A DNA stretch of 64,000 nucleotides, taken from positions 1 to 64,000 of the forward strand of contig RDEW01000022.1 of assembly GCA_011109175.1 (NCBI GenBank), in the 5' to 3' direction. The translations under genes were made by a program, and so were the position numbers. Under the pieces are notes generated by a model that made no database searches, was not told the origin of the DNA, and worked only from the letters and a program-made list of their open reading frames with translations. Shown here in pieces: positions 26,421-40,372 of this stretch. The DNA comes from Dicyema japonicum (taxonomy: Eukaryota > Animalia > Dicyemida). Position 1 is the stretch's first letter. Each line of letters begins with the position of its first letter.

Positions 26421-27792
26421 CTGTAATTTTTATTCGAATTATTTTTTGTGGTATATTTTGGGGATTTTTCCTGGCAAGTAGCACTATCATTGAAAAAATG
26501 TCAATTGTACTAATTAAGTTCCCATTTGTGACTTGAGACTATCATCCGCTCGTTCACACAGTGACATTTGTAGATTGAATTCCAATAACTCTTTGAATAG
26601 CAAAGCCATGCCAATAATGGTGAGATCTTGATAGTTGGAGGGTGATTCGTTAAGAACCATGGAATTCCCCTCCATATTGCACATGCACTGTATTTTTATT
26701 TGGAAAGTCTTTAACACAAAGAAATTGATTCATTTTGTTAAACATTGATATCTTCCGCTGCGAAAAGTTATCCAAGACACTGAGATGACTTAATTCTCTG
26801 GAATAACTAATAAATGTAATATCTTTGCGGAAAAACCCCTTCAATGCATGGAGGAGAATAGATGATCATTTTATGTAACCCTGGGACTGGGGGCCACTTG
26901 AAACAGGCGGAACAAATAAATCGATTCTGGTAGAACAAGGGAAGTTAAGGAACAGAAAAGAAAATCTTCGACCAATTAGTCAGTGGGGGATAGAATCAAC
27001 GGAGCATTGTTATTGAACAAAACTGGTTTCATTTTTCTGTAATTTGATTTGTTTTTAATAAGGCGCAGTTCAGATATCCGAATCAAACCTAATATTGACC
27101 ATTTAACCGCTTGACAAAAGACAAATCAACTAAACGCACTCTAACAAATACAGTGGGGGAAACAAGTCATACCAACTTCTACATAAATTTAAAATTTTTA
27201 ATTTTTACAACAGAATATAACATATTTCAGCATAATATAAAAATAATATTTAAAAGAAAAATTTGAAAGAACTGTTTCTCTATCAATGTTTGTTATTTTT
27301 TAATTTCTTCATTATTTTTTTCTACGTGAATCTCAATTTCCTAATGGAATCTTGATTTTTTCAGTGTAAAAAGTCATGGCAATATTCCGATCGTTGAGAG
27401 AGGGTTTAAGTCAGCATTCTCCTTGTCGAAAATTATGCTAATTAAAAATTTAATAAATTTCTATCAGTATGCTTCTAAACCTCCACATGGAAAGGACAGA
27501 ACTTTGAAAAAACAGTTCGTAGGAATAGAAATGAGGCTAATAAATAAGATTGTTCTAACTTCTTTAGGTTGCGTGTTAGTCTTTGAAGACAACCCGGTTC
27601 CCCACTGAGGTGTAAATAATGACGGCGTCACTCGTCGAGATCATAGATGTGTGAACTTTCACCCAGAATAGACAACAGCGTCATCGAGATTCTAAATTAT
27701 TATTTTGTTATATAAAATAATATAATTAAATAAATTAAAATATTAAAAATTTTACATTTGATCAAATAAAATCACCAAGCAACAAATAAGCG

Positions 27793-28780
27793 ATGCAAAA
27801 CAATAAAGCAAGAAAGGTTAAAATAATAAAGCATGGAGATCCGAAGTGGGGAAGGTAGTGGCCAGATATCATAAATAGAGCTGCATAATCAAACGATACT
27901 GCGAAAAGAGATTTGTCTCAAAATATGCTAGTACAATCGGCATCGACTATGGTGTTGCAAAGTAATCATATTTATAACTTACAGAATAACTTTGAAGGAC
28001 GAAGAAGTACGAGCCAATATTTTCGACTTTTCCGGCAATCCCATTTATTATGAGGTGCTCAGTAGATTTGAATTTTAAGGTCAGAAACGAGTTCTACAAA
28101 GACACACAAGGAGTTCTGCTTGTATACGATACATCGTCCGCTGAGAGCTTCAATTCTCTAGGAAAGTGGATCTCAGAAATGCATAGACACATCAAATATG
28201 AGGATGAAATTAATAAAATAGTGGTTGTTGTTTGTGGAAATAAGGTTGTTATATGACTTTAGCTAGGCCGATAAAAAACGTCAAGTCGAAGAATCACGTG
28301 CTCGATATTGGGCAATGGGAAATAATTATCGGTATTTTGAATGTTCTGCTAAAACAGGAGAAGGGATAATTGAAATTTTTGACGTAATTTTATTTTTAGT
28401 TATTTTATTTATATACTTAAAAAATATATTTTATTTAAATTTTAAATACACTTTATTTAAATTTTATAGACTTTGTTGGATGAAATTTATTATGTCTGCA
28501 AAAACGGACATCAAGCTGTTTCTAATGAGAATAGAAGGGATTCAATTGAGGCCATAAAAGCTATTAATCGGCTCACAAATGGAAAAACGGATTTTGAAAG
28601 ACTCGGCATTAAGCACGATACTACTGCGTATATTAGTTATCTGACTTTAGTGAGGAAATTAACAAAGTCTATAAAAAGTTGGCATTTCTGCTTCATCCTG
28701 ACAAATGCTGTCTTCCCGGTACAGAGGGAGCCTTCAAAATATTATCTTCAGCGAGAATAAGTCTCCTACGTCGTATTTAA
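27793..28780 (+). CDS. DNAJC27: RJL-family Rab-like GTPase with C-terminal J domain (RBJ), 7 exons
   Basis: Introns 27855-27878, 27962-27984, 28055-28079, 28245-28266, 28384-28469, 28628-28650. Spliced product EVGK-SCIIKRYCEKRFVSKYASTIGIDYGV, IFDFSGNP.YYEVRNEFYKDTQG, GNKAD, FECSAK, YKKLAFLLHPDK. Exon 1 is 1 nt out of frame. Confidence 0.95.
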
Positions 28781-29789
28781 TCTACTAATGTTCATTTTGT
28801 AACATAATAGCTTTAATAAAACTTATTTATATTAATCCTATTTCAAGTATTATGATAGTGCCACGTGTCCACCCATAAATTCCACATGTTTACATTTTTA
28901 GCCATCGACTGTTAATCTTGAATTAATGCACTTTCACATAGCTATGACTTACATTTCTTACTGGAAGCTGCTTGGGTTCCTTTCTATCATTGAACCAGAT
29001 GGACTTGATCTAGGAAATTTGAGGATACCAGAATAGGTATTGATCTTACCATTTTTCAATGGACTCTCTTGCATGGGATGTTACTGGTGTTTATATCTTC
29101 CATTCCGAACATGATTCCTATTACTAACTCAGAGTGACCTACCACTGACTCTGTCGATCGGATAAAGCTGGCTAAGTATTCTGCGCTTGGGAACCGTTTT
29201 ATTTCGTTCAAATTCCCTTTGACACTTTGAAAGTAGTCAGGTCTTTACCAGAGGTGTTCTCCAAGAGATTGGAAGAAATCTCGTCAGTTGAGGAATCCTT
29301 AAGAGCGGTGAAGGTTTCGCGAAATTGTTGAGTGGCAATTGTAAATGGAAAGCTTAATCCTAGTTCAGAAATACTCTTGAAAGGTGTTAGCGTGTTTCCT
29401 CACTACGATGTCCATTGGATGTTCAAAATGAGACTGAACTGGAATTCTTTAAAAATTCACTCTGACCTTCTTTAAGAGGGTCTTATGTGAACTCACATTT
29501 ATTGTAAGTGAACACTTCCTGTACAACTTACTAGAATAGTAAAAATAACAAATCTGGTAAGAATGAGGATATTCTTCCTCATAATAGCATACATCGACCA
29601 AGATGAGGACACTAACAATTTACCAAAATAAAAAGTTCTACACATTTGAAAAAAAATATCAATTTGTATTAAATCAAACAAAGCATCTCTTCAGGCATCA
29701 GTTCAAATACGGGAATATAAGGAGACTCTACCATTTATGAAGTCTATTGTTATTTAAACTCTGGTTAGCTAACTCCTTAGCGTAGTAGG

Positions 29790-30300
29790 GGAAGAGTCTG
29801 CATCGGTAGCAAAGATCTATTTCCTGGCTTCTTCTAGGTGGTTTTCCCCAAGGATCCACTTTGTCTCCATTACTATAAAATCTATTCATGGCGGATCTCC
29901 CCACACCGGACGTCAAAAATGATATTCTTCTGACTTTTGCCGACGAAATTGACATTACGTCACGTGATCAGGACATCCAGATTGCTGAAAACAAACAATA
30001 AAGTAATCCCTCTTAGAGGATCTCAAAGGGTCTTTGGGGTGACTTTTGACATGCACATGTAATTCTAGGCCCATGTAGAAAACGTTGTGACAAAATAATG
30101 TCCTGCAATGTCTCACTGGCTTATGGAAGCACGAAATCATCCTATTTTGATTAGTGTATACAAAATATACATTGATCCACGCATCTCTTACGCACGTGAT
30201 ATCTGGTGAAAATAAATCTCTTAGACAATTCTTAAAATCGATGCTAGCCAAAAAACTGTTCAGTTGCTAAAAGTAGACTGTTTTTGAATATCGTTTGTTT
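29790..30300 (+). mobile_element. Degenerate LINE RT core (I/Jockey/CR1 group)
   Basis: GFPQGSTLSPLL..FMADLP..FADE, then GVTFDMH. Confidence 0.8.
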
Positions 30301-30599
30301 TGTACAGCACAGGGGTTACTTTTTTATATTAAATCTTGTGACATTTACTGTGGGGTAGGGTAGTGCTATCAGCGACACTGCGAGTCGTTCTGCCGAAATC
30401 GATTAAATCACTTCCACTATGTATCCACCGGTAATTTGTTTATGCAGTCATTCTTTAATGTGGGTGCTGAGGTGATCAAACAAATGGCAAGTCTCATAGC
30501 CCTGAAGACAAATTTAGTTGCTTTTCATCTTCAAAACTTTCAGTAAGTGGGCCCTCAGGATTAGTTTGCAATTTGGTAAATCAGAAATAAAGGTTAAAA

Positions 30600-30880
30600 T
30601 GTTGTTTTTCATCAGAATTTGTAATGAGCACTACCGATTTGGGTATATGGGTAACACGAGCAAACATATACAGCAGAATGGAACATTTAACAAAACAAAT
30701 ATATTCATCACAAAAAAATAAACAATAAGACAAATCAAATAGTGGAGAATGATCCATTAAACATTTTGACAACAGCCTTCAACACTATGTGTGAATCGAG
30801 AAAATATTTAGAATATTAAAGAACAATATTGAAGAGAAATATGATACACCAAAAAACAAACAACCAACAACAATAACGTT
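30600..30880 (+). mobile_element. Possible Penelope-like GIY-YIG endonuclease remnant
   Basis: C..YMGNTS..(frameshift) R.EHL and later IL......RKYLE. Confidence 0.35.
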
Positions 30881-30964
30881 GTAACATAATTCAAATGAAG
30901 CTCAAATAAATAGGCTCGCCATATTGTAAAATAATTTTAAAAAATAAATAATTTTTTTTATTTA

Positions 30965-31255
30965 TTTAACCCAAGTACACGGTAAAACCAAACTAATTAT
31001 CACGTGATCCCTATGCATTCTAACAGAAAGGTCTCTGTGTTCTTTTTTCGTGCCCGCGCATGAACGTACTGTCTGAATTTTTAGGGCCACCTTCTCGTGA
31101 TCTAGAGTCTAGTCTCATAAGGGCTTCCAGAGGCGTAGGTCCGGTTCGGTGATCTTCACAAATCCAACGCTCCGTTAATCTGTAAGCCCTTTTTTGCAAT
31201 TCCTCAATTTTCCTCATATTTTTCCATATTGTGGTCGGTCCCCACGAGGTGCATG
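30965..31255 (-). mobile_element. CR1/L2-like LINE 3' end fragment
   Basis: ORF IEELQKRAYRL...MRGHEKR; homologous to 2815-3040, more distantly to 54525-54730. Confidence 0.7.
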
Positions 31256-31324
31256 CTTAATAAATAAATATTAAATTAAATCTTGCCAGTCGATATTTGA
31301 CGTTAACTATTAAATATTTTTTTG

Positions 31325-34200
31325 GTGAGGTGGTGACGTGCCTCTTTTCTTCTCTGTACAACGGATAAGAAAAATGTCTAGAAAGCAGAAGATACAAAAG
31401 AATATGCTTGCCCTAAAATTTCTTACATTCAATGCTAGAGGAATATCTAAGCCTCAGTCAAGAAATACTCTGTGATGATCTAGAAAGATATAACGTTTCT
31501 ATTGGCTGTATACAAGAGACGAAAATTGCGTACTATCTCGCTGAAAACCACGGAAGATATCGTTTAATATACCTAGTGACTCAAAACACTATGGTCTTGG
31601 ATTCGCCATTCACAGAAAACTATCATCTGACATCAGTCGCATTTGGCGGGTGAATGACAGGATCTGCGTAATACAGATCCACTTGAACAATCAATGTTCC
31701 CCTAAAAATACACTAACGATTATAAATGTATATGCACCACACTGTGGAAGAGTGGCAAAAAACCCGACCGAACTGGATGAATTCTACTCAGCATTATCAA
31801 AGACGTATAATGAATATGAGTCATCCTCACTTATATTCATTGCTGGCGATCTGAATGCGAAAATCGGAACAAAAAAGAACTCAGAAGATACCTTCATGGG
31901 AAGACACGGACGTGGGAAAAGAAACTTGCCTGGGACCATACTTGGCCATTTCTGCACGGCAAACAAACTGTTCTTGTGCAACACCGCATTCTCTCATCGT
32001 GCATGCCACATAACCACTTGGATGGGCGAACGAAGAAACCCAGAAGGAAAACTAGTCCCTATATACAACCAAATTGATTATATTATTTGCCGGATCAATG
32101 ACAAACGCTCTCTTATAAACGCACGCTCATACGAAGGTTCAACAATTGTCAGCGATCACATAATGGTTATTGTCACCTTCAGCCTGGCGAAACATGGTAT
32201 CAAACATAATAACATTACAAACAATAATAATGAGAATACAAGAAATGGATAGGCAACGGGAAAACTGATCTCTAATCCAGACACAGTCAAAAGTTACCAA
32301 AAACACATCTGCTCTTATCTGAAGGACCAAACAGTAGGAATTTCGTGGGATCACACGAAGTATATAATAAACGAAGCAGCAAGCCAGTACCTCGGCACGC
32401 GGGAGATGACCAGTAAGGGTCTGACGACACATATAGAACTAGTAAAGGAATTAGCAAAGGAGTTAAAGGAAATCCATACAAAAAAACTAATCGAAAAAGA
32501 CTATAACAAGAGAAAAGTCCTTCAGGGGCAGAGGGACCAAATCCGTAGAAAAATCAGGAGACTGAACAAGACACTTCTCCAAGAAGAACTTCTTCGCAAA
32601 ATCAATGAAGTATCCAAACTAAAGGACAATTCACAAATGTATATGGCCGCTGGTTTACTACGCCACACAAACCGGAAGGAACGAATAATCAACAAAGACA
32701 AAAATGGCAAGACATTACTGAATACTGAAGAGCAAGCGGAGGTAGTTGCAACACATTTTGAGAAACTTTTTAATGTGGCTACAGCAATCCCCCTATTCAA
32801 AGGAAAGCCTAGACCTTTAAAAGAACCAATTTCAATTTTGGAAGTAAAAACAGCATGTCAAAAACTAAAAAATAACAGAAGCCCTGGACCAGATACGATA
32901 AACCCAGAATTACTGAAATACGGGCCTGACCCCCTTTTTGAAAAAATCGCTACACTACTAAATGAAATGTTTTCAACTAACTCAACCTTGCCCCTGGGAA
33001 CGGGATTACTAATACTATACAAAAACCCAATAAACCCAAAGGACCGGTTGAAAACTTACGACCTATTATATTATCAAATTTTCTACGGAAAGTCTTAGCG
33101 AACGAACAAATGGACCCGCCTATGAATACCTACCCGAAAGTCAAAGTGGATTCAGAGAAGGAAGATCAACAGCTGATGCAGTCTGGAGTCACAGATGGAG
33201 ATGTGCAACACATCAAAGATATTGCAATGCTATCCACATTCTGGGAATAGATCTATCAAAAGCCTTTGACTCGGTTAACAGGACAAAATTGATGACAGTG
33301 CTGGAAGGGTTTATTGACGAATCGAGTTTAAGAATGATTCAAATCCTTCTATCTAACACAGAGCTCCTTGTGAGAGTTGGAAAAACCTACTCAAAAAAAT
33401 TTGAAACAAACACAGGCACTCCTCAAGGAGACTCCCTTTCTCCCCTACTATTCACAAAATACTTGGAGGCCGCTATGAGGGAACTGAGACCATTATATCA
33501 AGGAAAAATAGAAGAAGTGATTTATGCTGATGATATCGACCTAATTTCTGAAGACAAAGAACTCCTGGAGCATGTACTAGAAAAAGCACCAGATATACTT
33601 GAGAAATGGTTTCTCACCATGAACAGGGAAAAAACAGAACGGACAGAGATAAGAAGAATGAACAACTCACTCGAAGAAAAATGGAGACACATAAAGAAAC
33701 TTGGTTCACTACTAGGAGATAGCGAAGACATCATACGGAGAAAAACATTGGCAAATGTGGCATTACAAAGGCTTAAAAATCTTTGGCTAAAACGGAAAGG
33801 ATATAACATAAAACAAAAGATTATGTTATACGACACTTTCATCAAACCAATTCTACTATACAACTCTGGGACCTGGGCCACCTCTAAAGAGGAATTGGAA
33901 CGGTTAGACTCATTTCACAGGAATCATCTAAGAAACATAACTGGAATGTCCTGGCCATCCAAGATCTCGCGGAATGGACTGTACAATAAGTTTGACTGTA
34001 TACTATTAAGCCACGAGATCATTAGCTCTCGTTGGAGACTTTTTGGATACGTCCTGAGGTTGGACCCGATATCCCCTCCGAATATCGCAATGGAAGATTA
34101 CTACTCCTCTAATGTAAAACGCTTTTGTAGAAGACCGAGAACTACCCTCCCGGTTATTCTACAAAACGATCTGAAAGCTGTGAAGAAAACATTGGCATCG
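31325..34200 (+). mobile_element. Near full-length RTE LINE (APE endonuclease + RT), frameshifted, 3' terminus lost
   Basis: TFNARG, IQETK, NVYAP, GDLNAKIG, NQIDYI, SDH; SPGPD, PQGDSLSP, YADD, YNSGTW; homology stops abruptly at ~34200 with no TAA tail. Confidence 0.95.
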
Positions 34201-34999
34201 GGTTTTGGTTGTTTTTTCATACTGATAAAGATGAAAGGTGGTGAAATTTTTCCAATGAAAACACATCCAGAATACTAAGAGTGAATATTGAATTCTTACT
34301 CTCTTCGAAAGATATTCAGGCAAGAGGCCTCATGAAATTTAACGTCATCAAAACCTTTCTAAACTCCACTTTCCAACCGTAACATTAATGTGCAGCCGTC
34401 TTATACTAACATTTCTTGACGGTGGAGTATGCATGTGCCTCATGGATTCACGGGATTTTAATTTCAAACTTATACAAGATAAATTCCCCAAGAGCAAAAT
34501 GGTCCTCATAATCAATTTCTCTGCACTTCCCTTCGTTGTAGATTCACTGATGGTCGATATGAAAAGTCTTCAGCACTTTTCTGCTTGCAAAAGAATGCCG
34601 GAAAGGTTCTGAACTACAGCGCTATGAACAGGTATTACGTGAGGATTTGAAACTGTTGGATTTTTGGTTTAGAGGAGCTTCTTGGACCTAAGCAAACAAA
34701 AAGAAACGCACAGACAACTGCCATTCTTCTCAAAAGTGGATGATACCTAACATGGGCATTACCTATGTATATTATTTCGGTTTATACATTTTGCGATAAC
34801 TGTACCTCATACTTAATTTCCAAAAGAAGGAAGTTTGCAAAATTGTATTTGATCGATCATCGGGAAAGAGACAAACTAGCCACATAGAACCACATGCGCC
34901 ACGTGGCCAAAAATAAAATTAGCTAAATTTATTATGTAAAAACTGTGTATCCTTCGGCTTATTAACTAGATGGCTAATTAATATAGTTAGTCAACCTAA

Positions 35000-35475
35000 C
35001 ATGAGATAATAGTGAATTATTATTTTAAGTCAAAGAAACGCCGTCTACTGGAGAAATACACGGATAAAGAAATTGCTCCCAGAACACTCGAGTCTATCAT
35101 AGAGGCAACTGGAGGCAATTTCAGAAGAGGGAAAAAAGACCCCGTCCGTATAGAAAACGTGTGGGGTCACGGTCGGAGCATCGAGAAAAAAGATTATTGA
35201 GAGATGCCGCGATCATCTGAATATTATTATTATTGAATGCAAAGAAAAATCATATGGCCACAATCGTAGGATTCTTAGCTGGAAAATATCGCTTAGAGAC
35301 AAGGAAATTTAATATAAAACAGCTGAAGGATGGACAACAAATGGAGCTATTAGATAAGATAAAAAGAAAACCTCCACATGCTATATTGTTCAATTCAACA
35401 GAAGATCATAGTGCTGATATTAAACAATCTAGCCAATAGTTAGTTACGAGGACAACTCTCCAAGGACGGAGGGAA
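35000..35475 (+). mobile_element. Divergent relative of the 60470-63665 RLE element (post-RT region)
   Basis: HMATIVGFLAGKY..NIKQL..Q..LLDKIKRKPPHAILF..DIKQS aligns with HLGTIRPFLSAKY..NVKAL..Q..LMEKINLKSLHKVLF..DLKSS. Confidence 0.8.
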
Positions 35476-35477
35476 TG

Positions 35478-35770
35478 CTATGTTATGTCCAGGATCTTTG
35501 TAAGGAGTTTCCTAGGAACTAAGTCAAACGCTTTTGTGATGTCCACGGATATAAGTACTGTCCTCTGATGTGGGTTTGGGGGAGTTAAATCCTTCCGCAA
35601 TGAATTGTATGAGGATTGTGTAGTTAACCCACGGAATCCGTGATGGATCGAAGGTATTGATATCGAGTCTTGTACTTTTTCCAGAACAAGCCTTTCAAGG
35701 ACGGCCCAAGCCATGTTTCGACCATTAATATCGTTGTCCTTCAGGGGGTTGCCATTGCAAAGGAAAACTA
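35478..35770 (-). mobile_element. LINE RT N-terminal fragment
   Basis: VLERLV..HHGFR..RTVLISVDITKAFDLV. Confidence 0.85.
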
Positions 35771-37125
35771 GTGGTGGCCAGCAGAGAAAGTGCATTTTTA
35801 ATGTCAAGTTGTTACCTCATGTCGGAGACAGCCAAAAATCAGCTAAAAAAGATGATAGCCATCGATTCAGCGTCCACAAGTGCATTTTCATTCAACACAA
35901 AATTAAGGTCAAAACGGAGCAAGACAGCAATTTTCACTGCCTCGTCGTCAGAAGGTTGCCAATTTTACCACATTGATAAACATCCACCAAGCATTTGTTT
36001 AATAATTTCTAGTCATCTTAAAGCAGACCTTTTAGCATCATATCGCCCTCAACGAACTCTTTCTTTTTCAAAAACATGTTAATGCGATTTCAGATTAATT
36101 CGGTCATTTAGATCATTAAGGAAATGTCCTCATAAACGTCCACAGATCTAGAAATAAGATTAATAGGTAAGGTCAAAATAAACCAATTTGAATCCACATT
36201 TGGTTGCGAATAATAGTAAGGATACTAGTGGCATCTATAGTCATCAAATGTATATTTAAAATTACTTCAACGGTTGACCTAATTTTACTGTCAAAGAGGA
36301 ATATGACCTAATTTTACTTTCAAATAGAAAAAAACATTGGAGGTTGAAAAGCTTTTAGTTCTGATGAATCAATCTGTAGGCAAAATCGCACAGAAAAATT
36401 ATTTTGTCATCAATCGATTACCTTATTCGACTTTTTTAATATTTCACATGTAATCAAATCGAGAGAGCCAATGTTGGTAAAATTTTACATGGAACAATAT
36501 TATCTATTTGATTTCTAAAAAGGCAAATAATTCTCCTATCATACTCAGGCAAACACTTCATAATGCTTTGTGAAAACCACGTCTAATCCTCCAAAATTAT
36601 ACCAATTAAATTACCATGCAGAACTCTTGTCCGAGAAAAAATTATTTCACATGCCCTGCAGTACTCTTGTCTGAAAAAAATTAGATATCATTGATGCCTC
36701 AAAACCAAAATCCAGGTCATCCGCATATATTAAATCCTAGATAGAAGTAGGACAATTTTTAGCTCTCAGATAACGAAGAGCAGCTACCAGATAGACAACA
36801 AGAGATTTGGTTATTGTGAGTTACCTTCTGAAGTGTCAATGTGCTCAGCCCTTCTTCAGATTCACTTAAAATTTGATTTTCGCGCAAATTGACCTGTAAT
36901 TAAACATCAAAAGGTATTAAACTTTTTGACACAATTTTTTAACATTTTGATAAAGTTATTAAACATTTGTGGCAAAGTTATTAGACATTTTTGACACTTT
37001 ATTAAATTTTATGTAAAGTTATTAAACAAATTGGAAAACCATGTTAATTGTGTAAATTTAATTAAATTATTTTTTAATTTTATTTAATTAATCCAACACT
37101 TTATTTAATAAAATTATTATTAATT

Positions 37126-37996
37126 ATGACGACTGTATTTCATGTATTAATTTTTATTTCTTGTGGTAATCGTATATTTTATTATTTTGGTATTTAATCT
37201 TATAGATGTTCACTTTACTCGTGTTAAACTTGTCATTCGATATTTGACATCACAGAATATTTGCCCAAACGAATTAACAGTAGGTAAAACAACTCTGTAT
37301 CAAATATAAATTATTAAGATATTGGATTAATTGTACACATTCGATAACTGGCCTACCTGATTTTGAAATTGTTTATTTAGTAATTCAAAATATTAAATTT
37401 GAAACTGATGTCACTTTTCAGTGATGGGAATGAAGTTAAGTCAATTGTATTAATTATTAATTATTCATAGTGAATGTTGGAGAGATCAAAGTTTAAAATC
37501 TGTAGACAACCGAACATTCCCCTACCATTAAAACATTGTTATATATATTTTTAAATTTATAGAATTTTCTTGAATGTAATGCCCTCAGATTCATATCGAT
37601 CGAATTTGCGGAAAATTTACCATTACTTAGAGATATGTACATTTTTGTAATTATTGTAGTAACTTTCCTATTGAAATAAATGTTATTCAAATTTTTAAAG
37701 TTATTTCCAACGATGTTTATTTAGTACAGTATTTTTAATAATAATTTAGTGTTATCGTTTGCATTGATTCATTCGATATTCCAGAGGCGTATGATATTAT
37801 ATTTAGTATAGATATTATAGAATCTAATTATATTGAACTCCTCAGAATAATATATTGTATATGTTCGAAAATATTATATTTAGAGAATACAAAAGGCCGG
37901 CATGTAAATCAAGTAATTAATAATGTTATTTCAGGCTGCAGTGCCATTAAGGACAAGTACAATGTACTTGGAACTTGCGGAGTTACTAACATTTAA
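37126..37996 (+). CDS. Candidate intron-rich gene for an unknown secreted protein; exact model unresolved
   Basis: ATG right after an AT island, hydrophobic MTTVFHVLIFISC, many short GT-AG segments (e.g. 37913-37934), last exon CSAIKDKYNVLGTCGVTNI*. Confidence 0.5.
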
Positions 37997-38629
37997 CTAA
38001 CTTGATCAGTTTTTTTCAAAGATATAATTGGTGTTAATTAATTCAAATTTATGATGATTTAATTAATATCCTGGTTGGACAACTGAATAACACATCTATA
38101 CTCTTGCCTCTGAAAGAATAATTTCAATTCAAAAAACAATGAGAGAAGGAATAAACTTTGATAGGTGTTAAAGAACGGATGGTTTTCCTCAGATTTATGC
38201 AGACCGATGTAAGCATTATCCTCATTAATCATATGAGGAGTAAAACTACTAGCTTTACTCACACGATTGCTCTCATTATAAAGAGGAATATGTTCAAACA
38301 GTTGAGAACGATGATGGACTATTGACTCTATAAAAAATCTTCATTTTACTGGAATACAGCAATGTAAACCAAAATGGAGCCATATAATAAAATATTTTGA
38401 TTAGAATGGTTTATGCAACTCTTAAAAAATTCCGAATCTGATCAAAACACTCCCGAAGACGAGGACGTTTATCTTCCCTACCCATAAAGAACACAGTAAA
38501 ACGAAGCACAAAATTAATAAAAACCAACCATACCCCTTTTTAGAACACCAATTGGGTAACCCGTATCAAATACTCCAAAACAACACCAAACAGAACTGGA
38601 TACTTCTCCACAATCTTACAGGTACACAG

Positions 38630-39240
38630 CGACAGCTTGAATCACACCATGTTTAACTTGAGAATGAAATGCACACAACATCTACGCCACGAGCTCCAGC
38701 ACCCTATTGAACGAGCTCCAATTAACCTAATTGCAGTCTCCTCGATTGCAGATAGTTTCAATGAGGAGGATCTTGAAATCTGCATTGCCCATGAAGGTCT
38801 TGCATACGTCATCGTTGGTCGGATAAATTGTTCATTGATCGTGGCAAAACCACTAGTTTGGCCTCTAAGTGTTTTAATACCATTTTTAAAGATTTTATTT
38901 TCTTCAAAGCAGAAGTTACTTTGTTTTCAACATCTGGATAAAGGTAAGTCTCTGATCAAAGGTTTCTCCCAGAATCTTCGGTGTTATGTTAATAGGAATA
39001 GCCTCGTTCTTCATAAAGATTTCTGGCTCGACACAGAGTGGTAAACAGTGTAACAAAGGACTTTGTTACTGATGTGTCAAGTCTGCTTCGGGAGCCATAA
39101 TTCCAGCTTATCAAGCATTTGTTGAGAGCGACTAATTCGCTGATTGAATGCTTCTGTCTTTGGAGGAAGAAAGACATCGTCGGCATAGGAGAGGATAAGA
39201 CAGGTTTCATTACTGGTTTGTGGTACATCGCCACCGGGTC
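38630..39240 (-). mobile_element. Degenerate LINE RT fragment
   Basis: LSYADDVF at ~39170-39195 and FIRPTMTYARPSW..LSAIEETAIRLI. Confidence 0.8.
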
Positions 39241-39244
39241 TCAC

Positions 39245-40010
39245 GTGCATCGTGGCTTTTTAGTGTAGCTAGGCGTCCAAGTTTCTTTAGGAAGCGAAGC
39301 GATCCACTTATTCCTTCAGTTGTCTCGACCATAATAGGACAGAACGCGAATCAGTCGCGTAGCGCTTCGTACTACTGACAATATTGGATGGGAATGTGAG
39401 TCGACACAAGTAGCGTCCCAGACTAAAGGTTTCCCTCTTCAAATGGGAAATTTGTGATTCCTTAGGGAAGTTTTCCGTCTGTTTATCACCTTGTGTCTAG
39501 GGAATAGTCCTGCACTTTTTCGACACTAGAGGGCATGGTCCATAACAATCGACGGTGGCGGCACACCGGAATTTGTGAGTCCGGCAATTCTCCAGTCCTA
39601 GTCTCGTGGAGATGCCGAAGCGGACAGTATCGTCGTCAAAGTGGGTCCCGACACTACCAACGAGGAAATATTGATAAATGAAAACAATTATAAAGTAATT
39701 ATTTTATTACCGACTTTATTGATGAGGCGTTTCCCCCCTACACCGCTATGGAGACCAACGTGGCTCCTGAACGAGGCAATACGTCCGAGTTTCTTTGAAG
39801 AAGACGAGAGATTATTACTTATTGCTCTTTTGTTTCGACTGTAATCGCGCATAAGGTATATCGGTCGAATAGCCCGCTGTACTTATTTTCTTAAGTTCTC
39901 TCTGCTTTCTCTGTGGCGGAAAAAACTAACGGTTTTCCTTCTTCTAACGGAAAGTTGTTACTCCGTCCGGTCGCTTTTCGTCTCCACTGCCCGTGTGTTC
40001 CTGTTTGGAA
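39245..40010 (-). mobile_element. Two degenerate CRE fragments (zinc finger/RLE and 3' end)
   Basis: GKPLVWDATCVD motif at ~39400-39435; KY and GGNAS motifs in the 39715-40010 part. Confidence 0.7.
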
Positions 40011-40289
40011 AACTCCACGGAAGATTCCACTGCGAGTTTGACAAATCATTCTAGTTAGTGTGTCGCCGGAATCTTCCCGTACATCTTCTGCATAGATAGC
40101 AGACTTCCACGATTAAGAAAACAACTTCGTTTCAACAACTTCGTCGTGGCAGAAAAACTCATCATCTCACTGGTAGGATCTGTTTGATAAGAATTGACCT
40201 TAGCTGAAAACTTAACTCCTCAAATCAGATCCCACGGATGGGAATGTGAGTCGACACAAGTAGCGTCCCAGACTAACTTAACTCTTTCC

Positions 40290-40372
40290 AACCTTCCACC
40301 AGGTGAACAGCATTGAGATTCGAACCCGTAGCCTAAGTCACTTAAGCCCGATACCAACCACTATGCCACCAG
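40290..40372 (-). repeat. 83-bp exact copy of the tRNA-SINE head at 47444-47526
   Basis: Base-by-base identity. Confidence 0.9.

Noticed and set aside
31230-31256. HDV-like ribozyme loop (CACCTCGTGG, minus strand)
   Set aside because: Lies in a decayed CR1 coding segment and no nested pseudoknot pairings were found
38150-38400. Merlin/IS1595-like transposase remnant
   Set aside because: Motif similarity is too weak and scattered across frames
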